Below are positions 14,043 to 27,720 of a stretch of DNA of 64,000 bases, piece after piece. Below the pieces are notes generated by a model. That model saw only the letters and a list, made by a program, of their open reading frames with translations, searched no databases and was not told where the DNA came from. Source of the DNA: Rhizophagus irregularis (lineage: Eukaryota); NCBI RefSeq assembly GCF_026210795.1, contig NC_089434.1, positions 2,356,001 through 2,420,000 on the forward strand, written 5' to 3'. A program made the translations under genes and the position numbers. Position 1 is the first letter of the stretch. The number at the start of each line of letters is the position of its first letter.

Positions 14043-15799
14043 TTCTTGCTTTATCCTCTTTACATTATTTTATTCCCTGAAACTATATTCCTAAGTCTTA
14101 ATATTGGCATTATGAAATCTTACTATTATATGATGATATACGGTTTAAAAAAGTTTTACGAATGTAAAGATAACAGTTTAACAAGCTACATCAGGAATTT
14201 TTAATATGCAAAGTACTTTGTGAACTTTACATAATGTAAGAATTATATAGTATTTCGCAATAAGATTACAAAGTACTTCAGTGTACTATATAAACTTAAA
14301 TTTTGTAATATTTAAATATATTACATAGTGTAGCCCTACATAATATGCCAAAGTACTCTATAATTTTGTTAAAATGTATTTTTTCAAAATATTATAGACT
14401 GTAATTCAACATAAAATATCAAAGTACTCCATATTTTAATGTAATGAAATAAATGTAAAGCATAACTTTATGTGATATTCCATAACGTATTGTCAGAATT
14501 TTACATAGCAAAATTTTTGCCAATTTTTAAGTTTCACAAATCACACAATGTTAGTTCATCAGTTTAAGAAAAAAAATTGAATTGCTGAATAATTAAAACT
14601 TCTTCAATGTAAAAGATTTTAAATGAGTATTCTTTTAGACTTCAACTGAATTCTGGTCGAAATAGTTTTATTTTTATTTCTCTTACACACATTAACGACT
14701 GTTACTTTTTTTTCTTTAGGTATCATTTTTTTGATATCGGTACGGTGATGAATTTAGTTTTGCCTCTATTTAGTTTCTAACCTATAGGAATTCAACTGGA
14801 CAAGTAAGTTGCCACTTTTGTTTTATTTTCGTTTTTGTTTTAACTTTATACTAACCGATTCATTTCTTTTTTTAGACTTTACACAATTTTCTTAGATTTA
14901 CAACATCACAGGATTTTTGAAGTGTAATAGTCCTTCAAATGAAAAAATCAGATTTAGCTGAATTTTAATAAAGTGAAAGCAGAAATATTTTGTATAATCT
15001 TGCCAAGAAATTGAACAATTGCTAATTTTCCATTTAGATTCTAAATAAGGTATTGATGTCTTCGTCGTGTATATACTTATATGTATTGTACAATATTATA
15101 CTTGCTCATTATCACTTTTTCGTTATTATTCCTACTAAAAAAAAGGATTAAACAGAATCCTATTGTGAAAAAAATAGAGGTTTAAAATTAAGCTGGGTAT
15201 CAAGGTTGGTAGCAAATATGTAGATTCGATTTGAAGATTTAAAGAGCGGAATAGTGCTTTTTTATTAGTCATCAATCATTTAAATAAATAATTAGACAAT
15301 AGACTTAATGTCAATATCTGGGGTATGTCAAATGAACTTTTTTAATCGTGATTTATATACTAATATATTAACTCTTTGCCTGCTATTCGTCTTATTGCAA
15401 AGAACATGATTATCTTCAACTTATGATTTAACTAGGGAATATATGATACTCGAGCATTAAGGCATTGTGCAAATCCAGCATTTAATCAATATTACATTAT
15501 ATCATCGCATTTAAATTAAATAATTAAATTCTGATTCTAAAATAATTCCTTACTCCTTATTGTAATACAGATTTGATTAATGTAATTTTGATGACAAGAT
15601 TAAATTTTAATAAAAAATGACTTCTACTTTAAGAAGAAATAAACGTATAAAATATTTTAGTCATAAATAGCATTATCAAAAGTAACAGCAATTGGTAATT
15701 ATTAATTCGTAATATAAAAATAATTAAAATAATTATTATTTTTTATTAAACATATATATATTATTGTTTATAGAAACAAGATCAAAATTTAGATAACAC

Positions 15800-17128
15800 A
15801 GGACCCCGCTTACTTCTAATAAAGGTCTCCGGGCAAAATTTCAGATTTACTAGTAATTTTACCAACCTTTCTTATCTCATAATTTTACCATATATATATA
15901 GTGACCTTTTAAAATTATATTAAATTTTACCTTAGATTTTCAGAGACCTAAATTTTTTTAAATATTAAATAAACAAAATATTTTATAATCATTACAATAA
16001 ATTTTAAAAATTTTTTATTTTTACTAAGTTTAATTCTTATTCTTTAAAGATAAATAACTTTTATTAGTAAAAAAAGTACTTTGAATTACAAAAATACTAT
16101 AAAAAAAATCTTAAAGACACACATCTTTAACTTTACTTCGAAACTATTATTCACTTACTTTCTTTAAAAAAATCTAATTGATTTTTTTTAAAAAAAAATA
16201 AATTCGTAATTGGTATTATTATGAAAAAATGCTCGTACCCCATAAGTATTAATCCAACTGCTATGAAAATATTTATCTAAATATTTTCGACCTTGCCGAA
16301 CAACTTTACTTAAGCATGAAAAAGTGATTTCATTTGACCAAAGTGCCCAAATTACGTCCTATAATCACTGATCGGGAAAATAAAAAAAAATTAAAAGTGC
16401 GAAAATTGCTCGTATTCCGTAAATATTAAACTGATTCTTATGAAAATTAATATTCAGGTAGTTTCGATCTCGCCGAACAATATTACTTAAGCTTAAAAAG
16501 GTGATTTCATTTGACTAAAATGCCCAAATTACGCTCCGAATTTAATAAACAAAAAACGTAAATTTTAAGTTAATATTAAAATAAAAAAATGCTCGTATGC
16601 AATAAATATTACTCCAACTGCTATAAAAATTCAAATATAAGTAGTTCGACCTTACTAAACAACTTTCTTAGATAGTAAAATATGATTTGATTTAACCAAA
16701 GTACTGAAATTAAATTCTAAAGTTGCTAATTGCTGTACGAATTTTTATATTTTAAAAGCTAATTTTTGTAATAATTTTCAAAAAGATAGTGCTAATGCAA
16801 ATAAAATTAAAAATATAAAATGGTTTTTACAAGTATAAAGAAGAGAATAAATTTTTTGTTGTACAATATTTCAAATTAGTATATATAAGGTAAATATTAA
16901 ATTTTATATACAATTTTACCTTATTATTTACCGAAACATTTGTAAACTTATATTTGATTTTACCTTATAAAACCGGAAACCTATTTTAACTTTACCTTAC
17001 ATATCCGGAGACCTTTATTTGTCATATATATAATTTTACCTTTATCTATTAAGAGACCTAAAATTTTTTTTTAATATAAATTTTACCTTATATTTTCGGA
17101 GACCTCTATTAGAAGTAAGCGGGGTCCT
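15800..17128. mobile_element. Non-autonomous TIR element (~1.3 kb)
   Basis: TIR AGGACCCCGCTTACTTCTAATAAAGGTCTCCG / CGGAGACCTCTATTAGAAGTAAGCGGGGTCCT with flanking direct repeat GATAACAC (length 6-10 bp depending on the terminus chosen). Confidence 0.85.
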
Positions 17129-17485
17129 GATAACACACTTGCTGATGCAATAAATAATATGTATATTTCACAAACAAATTTTGCACCAAGAGAGTGGTAT
17201 GAAAAGTTATAGAGAGATTTTAAAGATCTTGATAGAGATTATGAAAATTTAAATATTAGATTTAGAATTGGATTGAATTTATGAAGAGTTTTATTAATTT
17301 TTATAATGATATGTTGTCTATTAGCTTTAATAAAATTTTTTTTGAATCACGTACTTTAAACATCATAATTATTGTTTGGATATTTTTTATTTATAGTTTT
17401 TGTTATCATTATCATTATTCATTGAGATCAAGGAAAGTTCGAGTGAACTTTTCTTGAAATTACATTATCAAACTATCAAACTTAT

Positions 17486-18237
17486 CCCTTAAACTGTTTT
17501 GCGGGCAAATTTGCCTGCAATTTCTAAATTAGAATAAATGACGCTATAAAAAATTCTTTAATTTTGGCCAGATCGTCACATAATTTTGCAGCCAAATTGA
17601 TCTACATTCTGGCCATAAATTGTATGAGTTAGATATACAGTTGATCATTAAAATTGGATTAGAAATTAACCCGCAAAAATAGTATCAGAATTTTTATATA
17701 ATAAAATTTAAACTTTTCTTACCATATTTTTTCTCTATTTGAATATTTATTATAACTTTTATTTTTATTATAAAAATTTTGCATTATAATAAACAAAATA
17801 GAGATAAAAAAAATCAATTGTTATGAATATATAATTAAAATGCATAATAAAATTTTCATTAAGGTTCTATATAAAGTCAAAATCCTACTTTTAAATATCA
17901 AAATTCATATTAAGAAAATCGTTTCTCATACCAAATTCTACATATTCTATTAAGCTTTTATATAGCTACAATTAATTATCAATGAAATCGTCGAAGTTAA
18001 GTGCAAAGTTTTTTAAAATTTTGTAATTATCTTAAAATACAACTTTTGACCAATGGGTAATTTTCGATTTTCTAATATATAATTAATAAATAATAATAAT
18101 TGCTGCACAATATATAATTTAAACTATCTTGGAAAAAAATTTTATTGAAATTGCTTTATTTTTCATAAAATTAGATGAGAGCTGAAATTTGGTAAAATTG
18201 CGGGCAAATTTGCCCGCAATTGCTTACAGTTTAAGGG
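17486..18237. mobile_element. MITE with CCCTT termini (piggyBac-like ends)
   Basis: CCCTTAAACTGT..TTGCGGGCAAATTTGCC / GGCAAATTTGCCCGCAA..ACAGTTTAAGGG. Confidence 0.75.
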
Positions 18238-19346
18238 ATAAAAAATTAACTAACAATGAAGCAAATATATCATTTTTAATTTGAAAGACAGACTTTTTTT
18301 TGATTCACCAAATTGTGTATACCTTTTTTGATTCAGAAGTTTTATTACATGATAAAGAATATACTTTTTTTGACTCATAAATGTACTTTTTTTGATTCAG
18401 CATGTGCACTTTTTTTTGGTTACTTTCTTTGATTCATGCAACTTATGCAATCAATAATTCCAGAGTTTTTTATACATGCAATATATAAAAGACTATATAA
18501 TCTTATATACGAATTATTTATTGAATTATAATTATATTGAATATGATGATAGTGATTTTTAATCTTTATTATGATGTATTCACCAAAATCACTATTATTT
18601 CTTACTAATATCCATCATAATTTGTTGTGCAGTTCCTAAAAATCAAGATGTTTGTAATCGAGATAGCTCTGTATAATGGATATATTTAAAGTGCTAAGAA
18701 TTATATTAATTTAAAAAAAATATTTACCAAATTATAGTATACACTGGTCAAAAACTAGGCAAACATAGCTTAAGCTTGAATTTTATTAATTAATGCCGAA
18801 GTGACTTTAGAAAACACAGAGTAATCTATAAAGTACCGCAACAAGTGCAGAACTAATAGAAAACAAAGAACAAATAATCTTCCAAAATTACAAATAAAAA
18901 AGAAAAGCTAAGATTATAAAACCCCACCCTCTCTATATAAATAACTACGGCTACTCCCCCCAAATCTATTTCAAAATGGGTAAAGTCGACTATGCTATAC
19001 GTAACCCATCCAGCGTCATACCCACTCCTAGAATTGGTAAAGAACCTCTGAGCTACTATTAGCACCATCAAAAACGCATAAAATTCAATTTCCCCTATTT
19101 GGCTACATACTATGGATAACAAACCTATTTCATAAAGATCTCTGGGAACTTTTTAGTGTCATGCAATCCCCGAAGAAACACCCACCTCATTGCGAATGAT
19201 CCCAAACGGAGGACACCCACCTCATTGCAAACAATCCTTCGACCTACAAAAATTTACTATTTTTAATCAATATAAAATCGATATTGTTAAGTTTATCTTA
19301 ACGGTATCATTTCGATATCATTTCAATATCATTTCAATATTGATTT

Positions 19347-22300
19347 CATCAGGAAAGTTTTTGGGGTTTAGAACTGCAGAGATCTGTGAAATTAGCAGAT
19401 CTCCGCATTTTTTTGCACTTTTTTGACGCATTTCTGCGAAGTTCTGTGAATTTTGCAACTTTGCAGATAATTGAATATTTTTATCTATAAATCAGCAAAA
19501 TTCTGCAATTTTGCAGATTTCTGCAGATTTATTAGAAAAATTCTGCAGTAATCTTCGATTTTGCAGATTTTTGCTTTTATTTTTCATTGAAATATCAGCA
19601 ATTTTATCATTTTGATTAACTCTAATTAATTTAACACAATTGCCAGTTGGAGTAGAACCCCGAATAATACTAATATAACTCACAAATGATCGGCATGCAT
19701 TTACTACGATATTAACTCTACACAACTTTTTTTTCATAGTAACACTACGCAAATCCAAATCTTAGTTCAAAAAATTTTTGTTACTAATATAATTCGTTTC
19801 ACATTTTTTCTATTAGTAAGATATTAATAAAATCATGCGAAACTCACCATTTATTTGTTAAAATAGTGCGTTTCGCACTTTTTTATATTAAAATATTAAT
19901 AAAATGGTGCGAAACTCTCCATTTATTTGTTAAAATGGTGCGTTTCGCACTTTTTCTATTAAAATATTAATAAAATGGTGCGAAACTCTCCATTTTTTTG
20001 TTAAAATGGTGCGTTTCGCACTTTTTTATATTAAAATATTAATAAAATGGTGCGAAACTCTCCATTTTTTTTATTAAAATGGTGCGTTTCGCACTTTTTT
20101 ATATTAAAATATTAATAAAATGGTGCGAAACACTCCATTTTTTTTGTTAAAATAGTGCGTTTCGCACTTTTTCTATTAAAATATTAATAAAATGGTGCGA
20201 AACTCTCCATTTTTTTGTTAAAATGGTGCGTTTCACACTTTTTCTATTAAAATATTAATAAAATGGTGCGAAACTCTCCATTTTTTTGTTAAAATGGTGC
20301 GTTTCGCACTTTTTCTATTAAAATATTAATAAAATGGTGCGAAACTCTCCATTTTTTTTGTTAAAATGGTGCATTTCGCACTTTTTCTATTAAAATATTA
20401 ATAAAATGGTGCAAAACTCTCCATTTTTTGTTAAAATGGTGCGTTTGCACTTTTTTATATTAAAATATTAATTAAATGGTGCGAAACTTACCAATTATTT
20501 ATTAAAATGGTGCGTTTCAAACTTTTTTTTCTTAATAAAATGGTGCGAAATTCACCATTTTTTGTTAAAGTAGTGCATTTCGCACTTTTTTCCTATTAAA
20601 AAATATTAAAATAATGCGAAATGCATTACTTTTTGTTACTATATATCGGGGTCCTGTTGGAGTATATTTGTCAGTTCGTATTATTACAGTAATCATTACC
20701 AATCGGATATAAACCAGAAATCGATAAAGTTGATCAGACTAGTCAATTATGATTTGTGTGCCGAATGATAATCTTTAGCTTTAAAAAAAGTTTTTTTAAA
20801 AAATTTATCTTTTCTAATATTTTTTTTAGGTATCAGCGAGACTCTTCGCTTTGGATTGGTAAGTTTTGAAAGTTTTTCTTTCGAAACTGTTTTTTTAAAA
20901 GATTTTTTTAATATTTTTTTTATTTATTTTTTTAGGTATCAGTGAGACTCTTCACGGAAAGTTTCAAAAGTTTCATTCTTTAAACTTTCGAAACTTTATT
21001 TTTTAAAAAAAAATTAATATTTTTTTTATTTATTTTTTTTAGGTATCGGCGCCCTTCACATAAGTTTCAAAAAGTTTCATTCTTAAAACTTTTGAAACTT
21101 TCGTTTTTTAAAAAAAATTAATATTTTTTTTTATTTCTTTTTTTAGGTATCGTGAAACCCTTTCACGTAAGTTTCGAAAGTTTTTTGAAACTTCGTTTTT
21201 TTTAAAAAAAAATTAATATTTTTTTTTATTTCTTTTTTTTAGGTATCGGCGAAACCCTTTCATGGTAAGTTTCGAAAGTTTCATTCTTCAAACTTTCGAA
21301 ACTTTCATTTTTTAAAAAAAAATTAATATTTTTATTTATTTCTTTTTTTTAAGTATCGGCGAAGCCCTTTCACGTAAGTTTCGAAAGTTTCATTTTTTCG
21401 AAACTTCATTTTTTTAAAAAAAATTAATATTTTTTTTTTATTTTTTTTTTCTGTATCGGCGAAACCCTTAATGTAAGTTTTGAAAGTTTCGTTTTGAAAC
21501 TTCATTTTTTTTTAAAAAAATTTAATATTTTTTTTATTTTTTATTTTTTTTAGGTATCGGTGAGACCCTTCACTTTGCATCGGTAAGTTTCAAGAGTTTC
21601 ATTTTTTTGAAACTTTGATTTTTTTTTTAATTTTAATTTTTTTCTTTATTTGTAGGTATTGGTTGGGATCTTTGGAGTAGTAAGTTTTGAAAAATTTGTT
21701 AATTTTTTTCTTTATTTGTAGATATCGGTTGGCGGGGACATTTGGATGGTAAGTTTTGAAAAGAATCATATTCTTTTCAAAACTTCAAATTTTATTTTTT
21801 TTAACTTTATTTCTATATTTTGTAGGTATCGGTTGGGATTTTTGGATAGGTGAGTTTCGAAAAGTTTCGTTCCTTCTTTTCGAAACTTATTTTTTTTTCT
21901 TATCTTTATTTTTCTATTTTGTAGGTATCATCAGTTGGAAATTGGGATTTTTGAATAAGTGAGTTCGAAAAGTTTTGTTCGTTCTTTTCGAAACGTATTG
22001 GTTGAATAGGTAAGTTTTGAAAAGTATCATTACTTTTTAAAACTTTAATTTTTTTTTAATTTTCTTTCTTTATTTTGTAGGTATCGGTTGGCGGGAACAT
22101 TTGGATGGTAAGTTTTGAAAAGAATCATATTCTTTTCAAAACTTCAAATTTTATTTTTTTTAACTTTATTTCTATATTTTGTAGGTATCGGTTGGGATTT
22201 TTGGATAGGTGAGTTTTGAAAAGTTTCGTTCCTTCTTTTCGAAACTTATTTTTTTTTCTTATCTTTATTTTTCTATTTTGTAGGTATCATCAGTTGGAAA

Positions 22301-23530
22301 TTGGGATTTTTGAATAAGTGAGTTCGAAAAGTTTTGTTCGTTCTTTTCGAAACGTATTGGTTGAATAGGTAAGTTTTGAAAAGTATTATTACTTTTCAAA
22401 ACTTTAATTTTTTTTTTAATTTTCTTTCTTTATTTTGTAGGTATCGGTTGGAACCTTTGGAAATGAAACCTGTGGTAAGTTTTGAAAAGTTACATTACTT
22501 TTCAAAACTTCATTTTTTCTCAAAAAGTTTCATTACTTTTCGAAACTTTAATTTTTTTTTAATTTTTTCTCTTTATTTTGTAGGTATCGGTTGCAACCTT
22601 TGGAAACGAAACCTGTAGTAAGTTTCAAAAAGTTACATTAACTTTTCAAAACTTCAATTTTTTTTCAATTTTTTTTCTATATTTTGTTGGTATCGGTTGT
22701 GACCTTTAGATAGGTGAGTTTTGAAAAGTTTCATTTCTTTTTGAAACTTCAATTTTTTTTAATTTTTTTTCTAATGAAACTTTACTAAGGTATTCTCTTT
22801 TTGTAGGTCTATGACTTTCTGGGTGTTTCCTGAATGGAACTTCGAAGGTATTCTTCGAAGTTCTTTAAATTTTTATTTTTTTTAATAAAATTTTTTTTTT
22901 TAACAAAATTAATTTTTTCTCTTTTTTTTGTAGCTTCGCAACTTTTTAGATGATATCTGAAGAGAATTTTGAAGGTATTCTTCAAAGTTCTTTAAATTTT
23001 GGATGAATACTTTAGATATATGCGCTGTCAACGTCATTAAAATACATTTGAAAGATGATTATATTTTAATAAGTTGGCATATATTGGGTTTTTTTCTCAA
23101 TTTTTATATTGTATTTTATTAATTTCAGTTAGTTATATTTGAAATTCTTTAACTTTATAAATTTATTTAGCTATATTCAATTTTGCAATTTTATTTGACA
23201 AATTTATTAGTAAATAAAAATACATAATAAAAAATATAATATATAATGACTGTGACGATTAGTAAATAATTTATTTTTTTGTGAATTATTGCAGAACTTC
23301 GTTCTTGAATTTTTTCACAGAATTTTGTTCTTGAATTTCTTGCAGAACTTAGTTCTTGAAATTCTTTGCAGATTTAATTTTGAAGATTTTCGCAGAACTT
23401 TATTTTCTTGAAATTCTGCGCAGTTTTTGATGAATTTTTTTTTTCAAAGACTGCCGACAGGGTTGCAGATCTGCGCAAAAATGTCACCTGCAGATCTGCG
23501 TAGATCTGCACCCCAAAAAATTTCCCGATG
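19347..23530 (+). mobile_element. Non-autonomous CATC-ended TIR element (~4.2 kb) with satellite and micro-exon array, inserted into a GATATC-rich MITE (about 19243-23842)
   Basis: TIR CATCAGGAAAGTTTTTGGGG / CCCCAAAAAATTTCCCGATG, GCAGA subterminal repeats and a TT duplication. Confidence 0.82.
19790..20630. repeat. ~71 bp tandem repeat, about 11 copies (dimer of AAAATGGTGCG subunits)
   Basis: Directly visible head-to-tail units with no unique spacers. Confidence 0.9.
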
Positions 23531-24579
23531 TTAATATCGATATGATATCAAAATAAAGTATTATCACTTCGATATCATTTTGATATTAAATCGATATTGA
23601 AATGATATTGAAATGATAATTAAAATGATATCGAAATAACATCTTTAAATTAAACTTAAAGATGTTGTTTCGATATCATTTCTATTATCATTTCGATATC
23701 ATTTCAATATCGATTTAATATCAAAATGATATCGAAGTGATAATACTTTATTTTGATATCATATCGATATTAAATCAATATTGAAATGATATTGAAATGA
23801 TATCGAAATGATATTACTTGAAAACTTAAAGTTTCTGTAAAGTAAGATCTACCTAGATAAGTTAATCTAATGATAGCCCAACATGTGACCACCATGATCA
23901 GCATACTATAAAAACTGCGGTACCCAACCTGTCACCCCTTATCACCCGAGTGATCATTGATTTTGAAATTGTAACACCAAGCCACCATGACGATCAAATT
24001 TTCCAGTATCCCCCCATCCCCCAAAGAAAATAAGGTTACACTGAAAAAAGCGACCAAGAAAAACAAAAAGCAAAAAATAAAGACATAAACCTCAGGAAAA
24101 CTCGAAGTGCAATGAGAAAAACCTGAGTAAAAAACACCAAACATACATCTCAACTCCGTCTCCTTATTTTAGAAGACTAACTCCCCCGTTAACAACATCA
24201 ACTAGCAAGAAATACATTAGTCAGGAGCTCCTTCCAAGAAATACTGGTCCAGCCTGCGAACCACTTGGCCAGTTAGACTTTAAAGGCGTAAGAACCAAGA
24301 CGCACTACTTTTCAACCTTTCAGAAAGCCCAAAGGAACGTTTATATGGAACTGCCATCTTACAGTATTATTGGTAACTCCAAGACTCATGATAATAGTCC
24401 TAACTCAATATAAGCCGTAAGGAGTTCAGGCAAAACTAAAGACCTCGGTAATAACTTCATATAACGTTAAAAAGTCCTTTTACTATCACTCAAGGTAAAA
24501 AATCCTCATATTTTTCATCTATGTCTTCGGGAAAAAATGGGCAGAGCCCAACGGGAGAGAAAGTACGATGATCCTCACT

Positions 24580-27500
24580 ACTGGTCAAAAACTAGGCAAA
24601 CGTGGCATAGTAGCCTTTATCTTTATTAAATTTATTTGAACTTTACAATTTACAAAAAATAAAAAGAAAAATATAAAAATAAAACTAACTAAAAACAAAG
24701 CTATATAGTCTCCTAAGAAAAAATAAAGTAAAAAATTAATCTAAAAAGAAAAATTGCATTACACTAAATTTCCCCAGATCTTCCCCCTTGAATATATTCC
24801 AACCAAAGTAGAAGCAACTATGCTAACAAAATGACGAATAGTGCGCCCACTATAAAAATCGACACTCCATCCTGCAAAAGCTGTTATTAAGTAGCATCAT
24901 TAGACGACCCATAAAACCTGAAAAGTGATTAAACCAAGGCAAACCATATTTTATCGAGTTCTTCAACCAATCGGTTTCGGAGTCACGTGAATCGGGTAGG
25001 GTTGAAGGTGGTAAAGATGAGTAAGGTATGTACGTTGACAATGGCAAATTAGATGGCTTCGAAGTAGTTTTCAACTTATAAGTAATGTTCATTGCGTTTT
25101 CCCATCTACTTTTCTCATAATAATGCGGATTTCAAATTCGTCTTCTGAATTTCTGAATAAAATTGTTATGGATAGCAGCGACAACCTTTATCGCAGAATT
25201 TCTTGGAATAGATAAATCAACAAATAAGTCGATAAAGAGCCTGGATAGACAACCTCGCACAAGGGCATAGGAGGACCAATTTGTAGATGAAAAGGACCAG
25301 CATAAAAGAGAAGTAAGTTTAGTAATAAACGGAGTTGGATCAATATCAGCCAATTTTCCAGCTTCTTGAAGTTTAGAAATCAAATAGCCTTAATAGGATT
25401 GGAGTTTTTGTTGCATAGGTAAGCGACGTCATTTGCACATAAAAAGGTGCATCAAATCTTCCATGCGGTCGATACAGGAACAGCAAGATAATTCGTCTAT
25501 GTATAAATCTGGTCGTGTTCTTTTAAGCTTTTCCAATGTGGGTAATTCGTCCAAGAAAAGTTTGAATTTCAAGGATCGGTGCCTCGAAGCATGTTTAAAA
25601 GTAAAGGAAGCGTTATGAGAGGGTTCGAATTTCAAAGTGAACCAAGTAAGATCCCAGTCAACAATGTAATCTATATTAGATAATAATAAAAAAGTAAAGT
25701 GAAAACGCAATTAATGTAACAAATCACGCATCAACTGCGTTTGGTAATATTGTTTAAGAAGGTGTCTTGGATTGGATTCGCAGACAACATCATTGTCATA
25801 AGTTAAGACAAAATCATGGGCAAAAGCAAGGTCCATTCTAGAAATCAAAATACTGGATGACGCAGTATGAGCAGTATTGGCCAAAGAGTCAGCAAAATCG
25901 TTTAAATAATTGCCAGAGTGAGCTTTAACTTTAACGGGAAAGACAGTCAAGTTCTTAGAGAAGATGTTTCATTCAATGATAGCCCAAAACTCAAAGTTTG
26001 TAGTTTTGTAATAAAGTCGGCTATTTGAATAAACAGAGGAAGAGCAACCTCGAAGGCCATCAATGGCAGTTTGCGAGTCAGTATAAATAGTAACTTCTGA
26101 GTCACGAGAAGATATGGTTAAAACTGCGTAAATAGCGGCAGCTTCAGCTCGAGAAAAAGAGGGATTATCCCAAATAATGCTATGCGCATAAGTAGCAATG
26201 GAGTTAGGAAAGCCAGCATCTAGTACAATTTGCATCTAAGACCAGCCCATGGAAACATCAGGAGTTCCTAAATTAATAAGAGACCTATTAGTGTAAAAGA
26301 TATAACGTGATTCTGCAGAAACAACTAATGGAGAGTTCACAAAAACAGCAGCAGCAGAAGATTCAACAGTGGTAGGAATAGCGGAAGCTGCAGTGGCATC
26401 TGTAGGAGAAGGATCAGAAACAAAATTTAATTTACTATAATAGAGACGGATACCATCTTTAATATCAGCCCAAGTAAAGGGGGGAGGTTACTTCGGAGGT
26501 GGTAGTTTTAATCCGCTCATTTGTAGTAGGCAAAATGAGCGAATGTTATAGAGAGACTGACAGTATATAAAGAGTTAAATCAGCATTCCGTTTTTTGGAA
26601 GGAGGAAGAGGAATGTGAGCAACACAACCAGGATGAGGAGAAAGTTTGATAAGATCGCCTGGCGAGGATTCGCAGTTGGGAGAAATTCAATGAACAATGG
26701 AACAAGTACCACGACCTGCTTGAACCAAAAGTTGTTTACCGAAGATGGGAGAGCCGAGATCATCCAACGTAACAATCCAATTTTTGGTAGTGGGAGGAGA
26801 GGAAAGACAAGGTTCCAACTCATAAAATGAAGAGTCATTCGTAGGCACGATGATAAAATCGTCGAGTAAACGATTATTAGAGTCAGGTATAGTGGTAGTT
26901 TGTTGGATATCTTTGTACCAATAAGGAATACGGCCAGGATAAGGTTGCTTGTCAAAACCTCTCCAAAATCCTGCGATAAATTTCAGCAAGATTTTACTAT
27001 ATATTTACTATAGTTTCGGCAGGGTTTCAACAGTTTCGGCAAATGGGGGTTTCGGTATTTCGGCAAAGTTTCGGCAGGATTTTTAATATGATTTAATATA
27101 GTTTCAGCATTTTCCGTATAGATTTCAGCAGTTATTAAGAAGGTTTCGGCAAGCAACCTTAGGCCAGGATCACGTCTTCCAACCAAGTTGTCATAATAAG
27201 CCTTCCAAGAGATTAAATGAGTCTCTTGAGGAGTAACGAGCTGAAATAAATAAAACAGCTTTCGTTTACGCAGGATAGGAAGATAGGCTTTAAAAGCTTT
27301 AGGCGTCATGCATTTAAATAAAGGAACACGTTCATCTAACAGGGATAAGTTCGGAAGCTTCGAAAGTTGAGTATGAAGCAAACGAAAAAGGGTAGAATTC
27401 AGGAGAGCAATAGTGCATGCGATATAATCCTTCTTAAAGGAAGAAAGAATAGACAATATAGACCAGTCCTTAATTAAGAGAAGAAAAATAGGAATCAAAA

Positions 27501-27720
27501 AATTGTATTGAAGTAAACACAATAAAAGAAGAAAAAGAATTAGCCATTAAAAATAAATTAGTAATATGACAATATCGTTGATGAGCAAACAAATTAATCA
27601 AGCCCAATGCTTGTGATAAAAATAAAATAGGGTTGGGAAGAGAATGAGAAAAATTTGCTTTGTGTTTCACAACAGATCGTATACTTCTTGTTATAAGGTG
27701 ACAGTCAGATTCAGACGACA
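24580..27720 (-). mobile_element. 5'-truncated, degraded non-LTR retrotransposon (post-RT region, RNase H, CCHC zinc finger, 3' UTR)
   Basis: RNase H motifs RAEAAAI, IYTDSQ.AI and KVKAHSGNYLNDFADSLA; LPTLE.L...RPDLY....C..C....EDL.HLF.C; many stops and frameshifts. Confidence 0.88.
26940..27161. mobile_element. 222 bp hAT MITE inserted in the LINE
   Basis: TIR TAAGGTTGCTTG / CAAGCAACCTTA, 8 bp TSD GGCCAGGA. Confidence 0.92.

Larger units (their letters stand above)
18743..24579 (-). mobile_element. ~1.25 kb non-coding retro-like repeat in two parts (18743-19245 and 23843-24579) split by nested insertions; second copy on + at 47181-48172 plus 53585-53834
   Basis: Long reverse-complement similarity between the two loci; both translate to the same spurious MFGVFYSGFSHCTSSFPEV peptide. 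Confidence 0.75.

Noticed and set aside
19790..20630. Possible CRISPR array
   Set aside because: Head-to-tail repeat without unique spacers, eukaryotic context and no cas genes.
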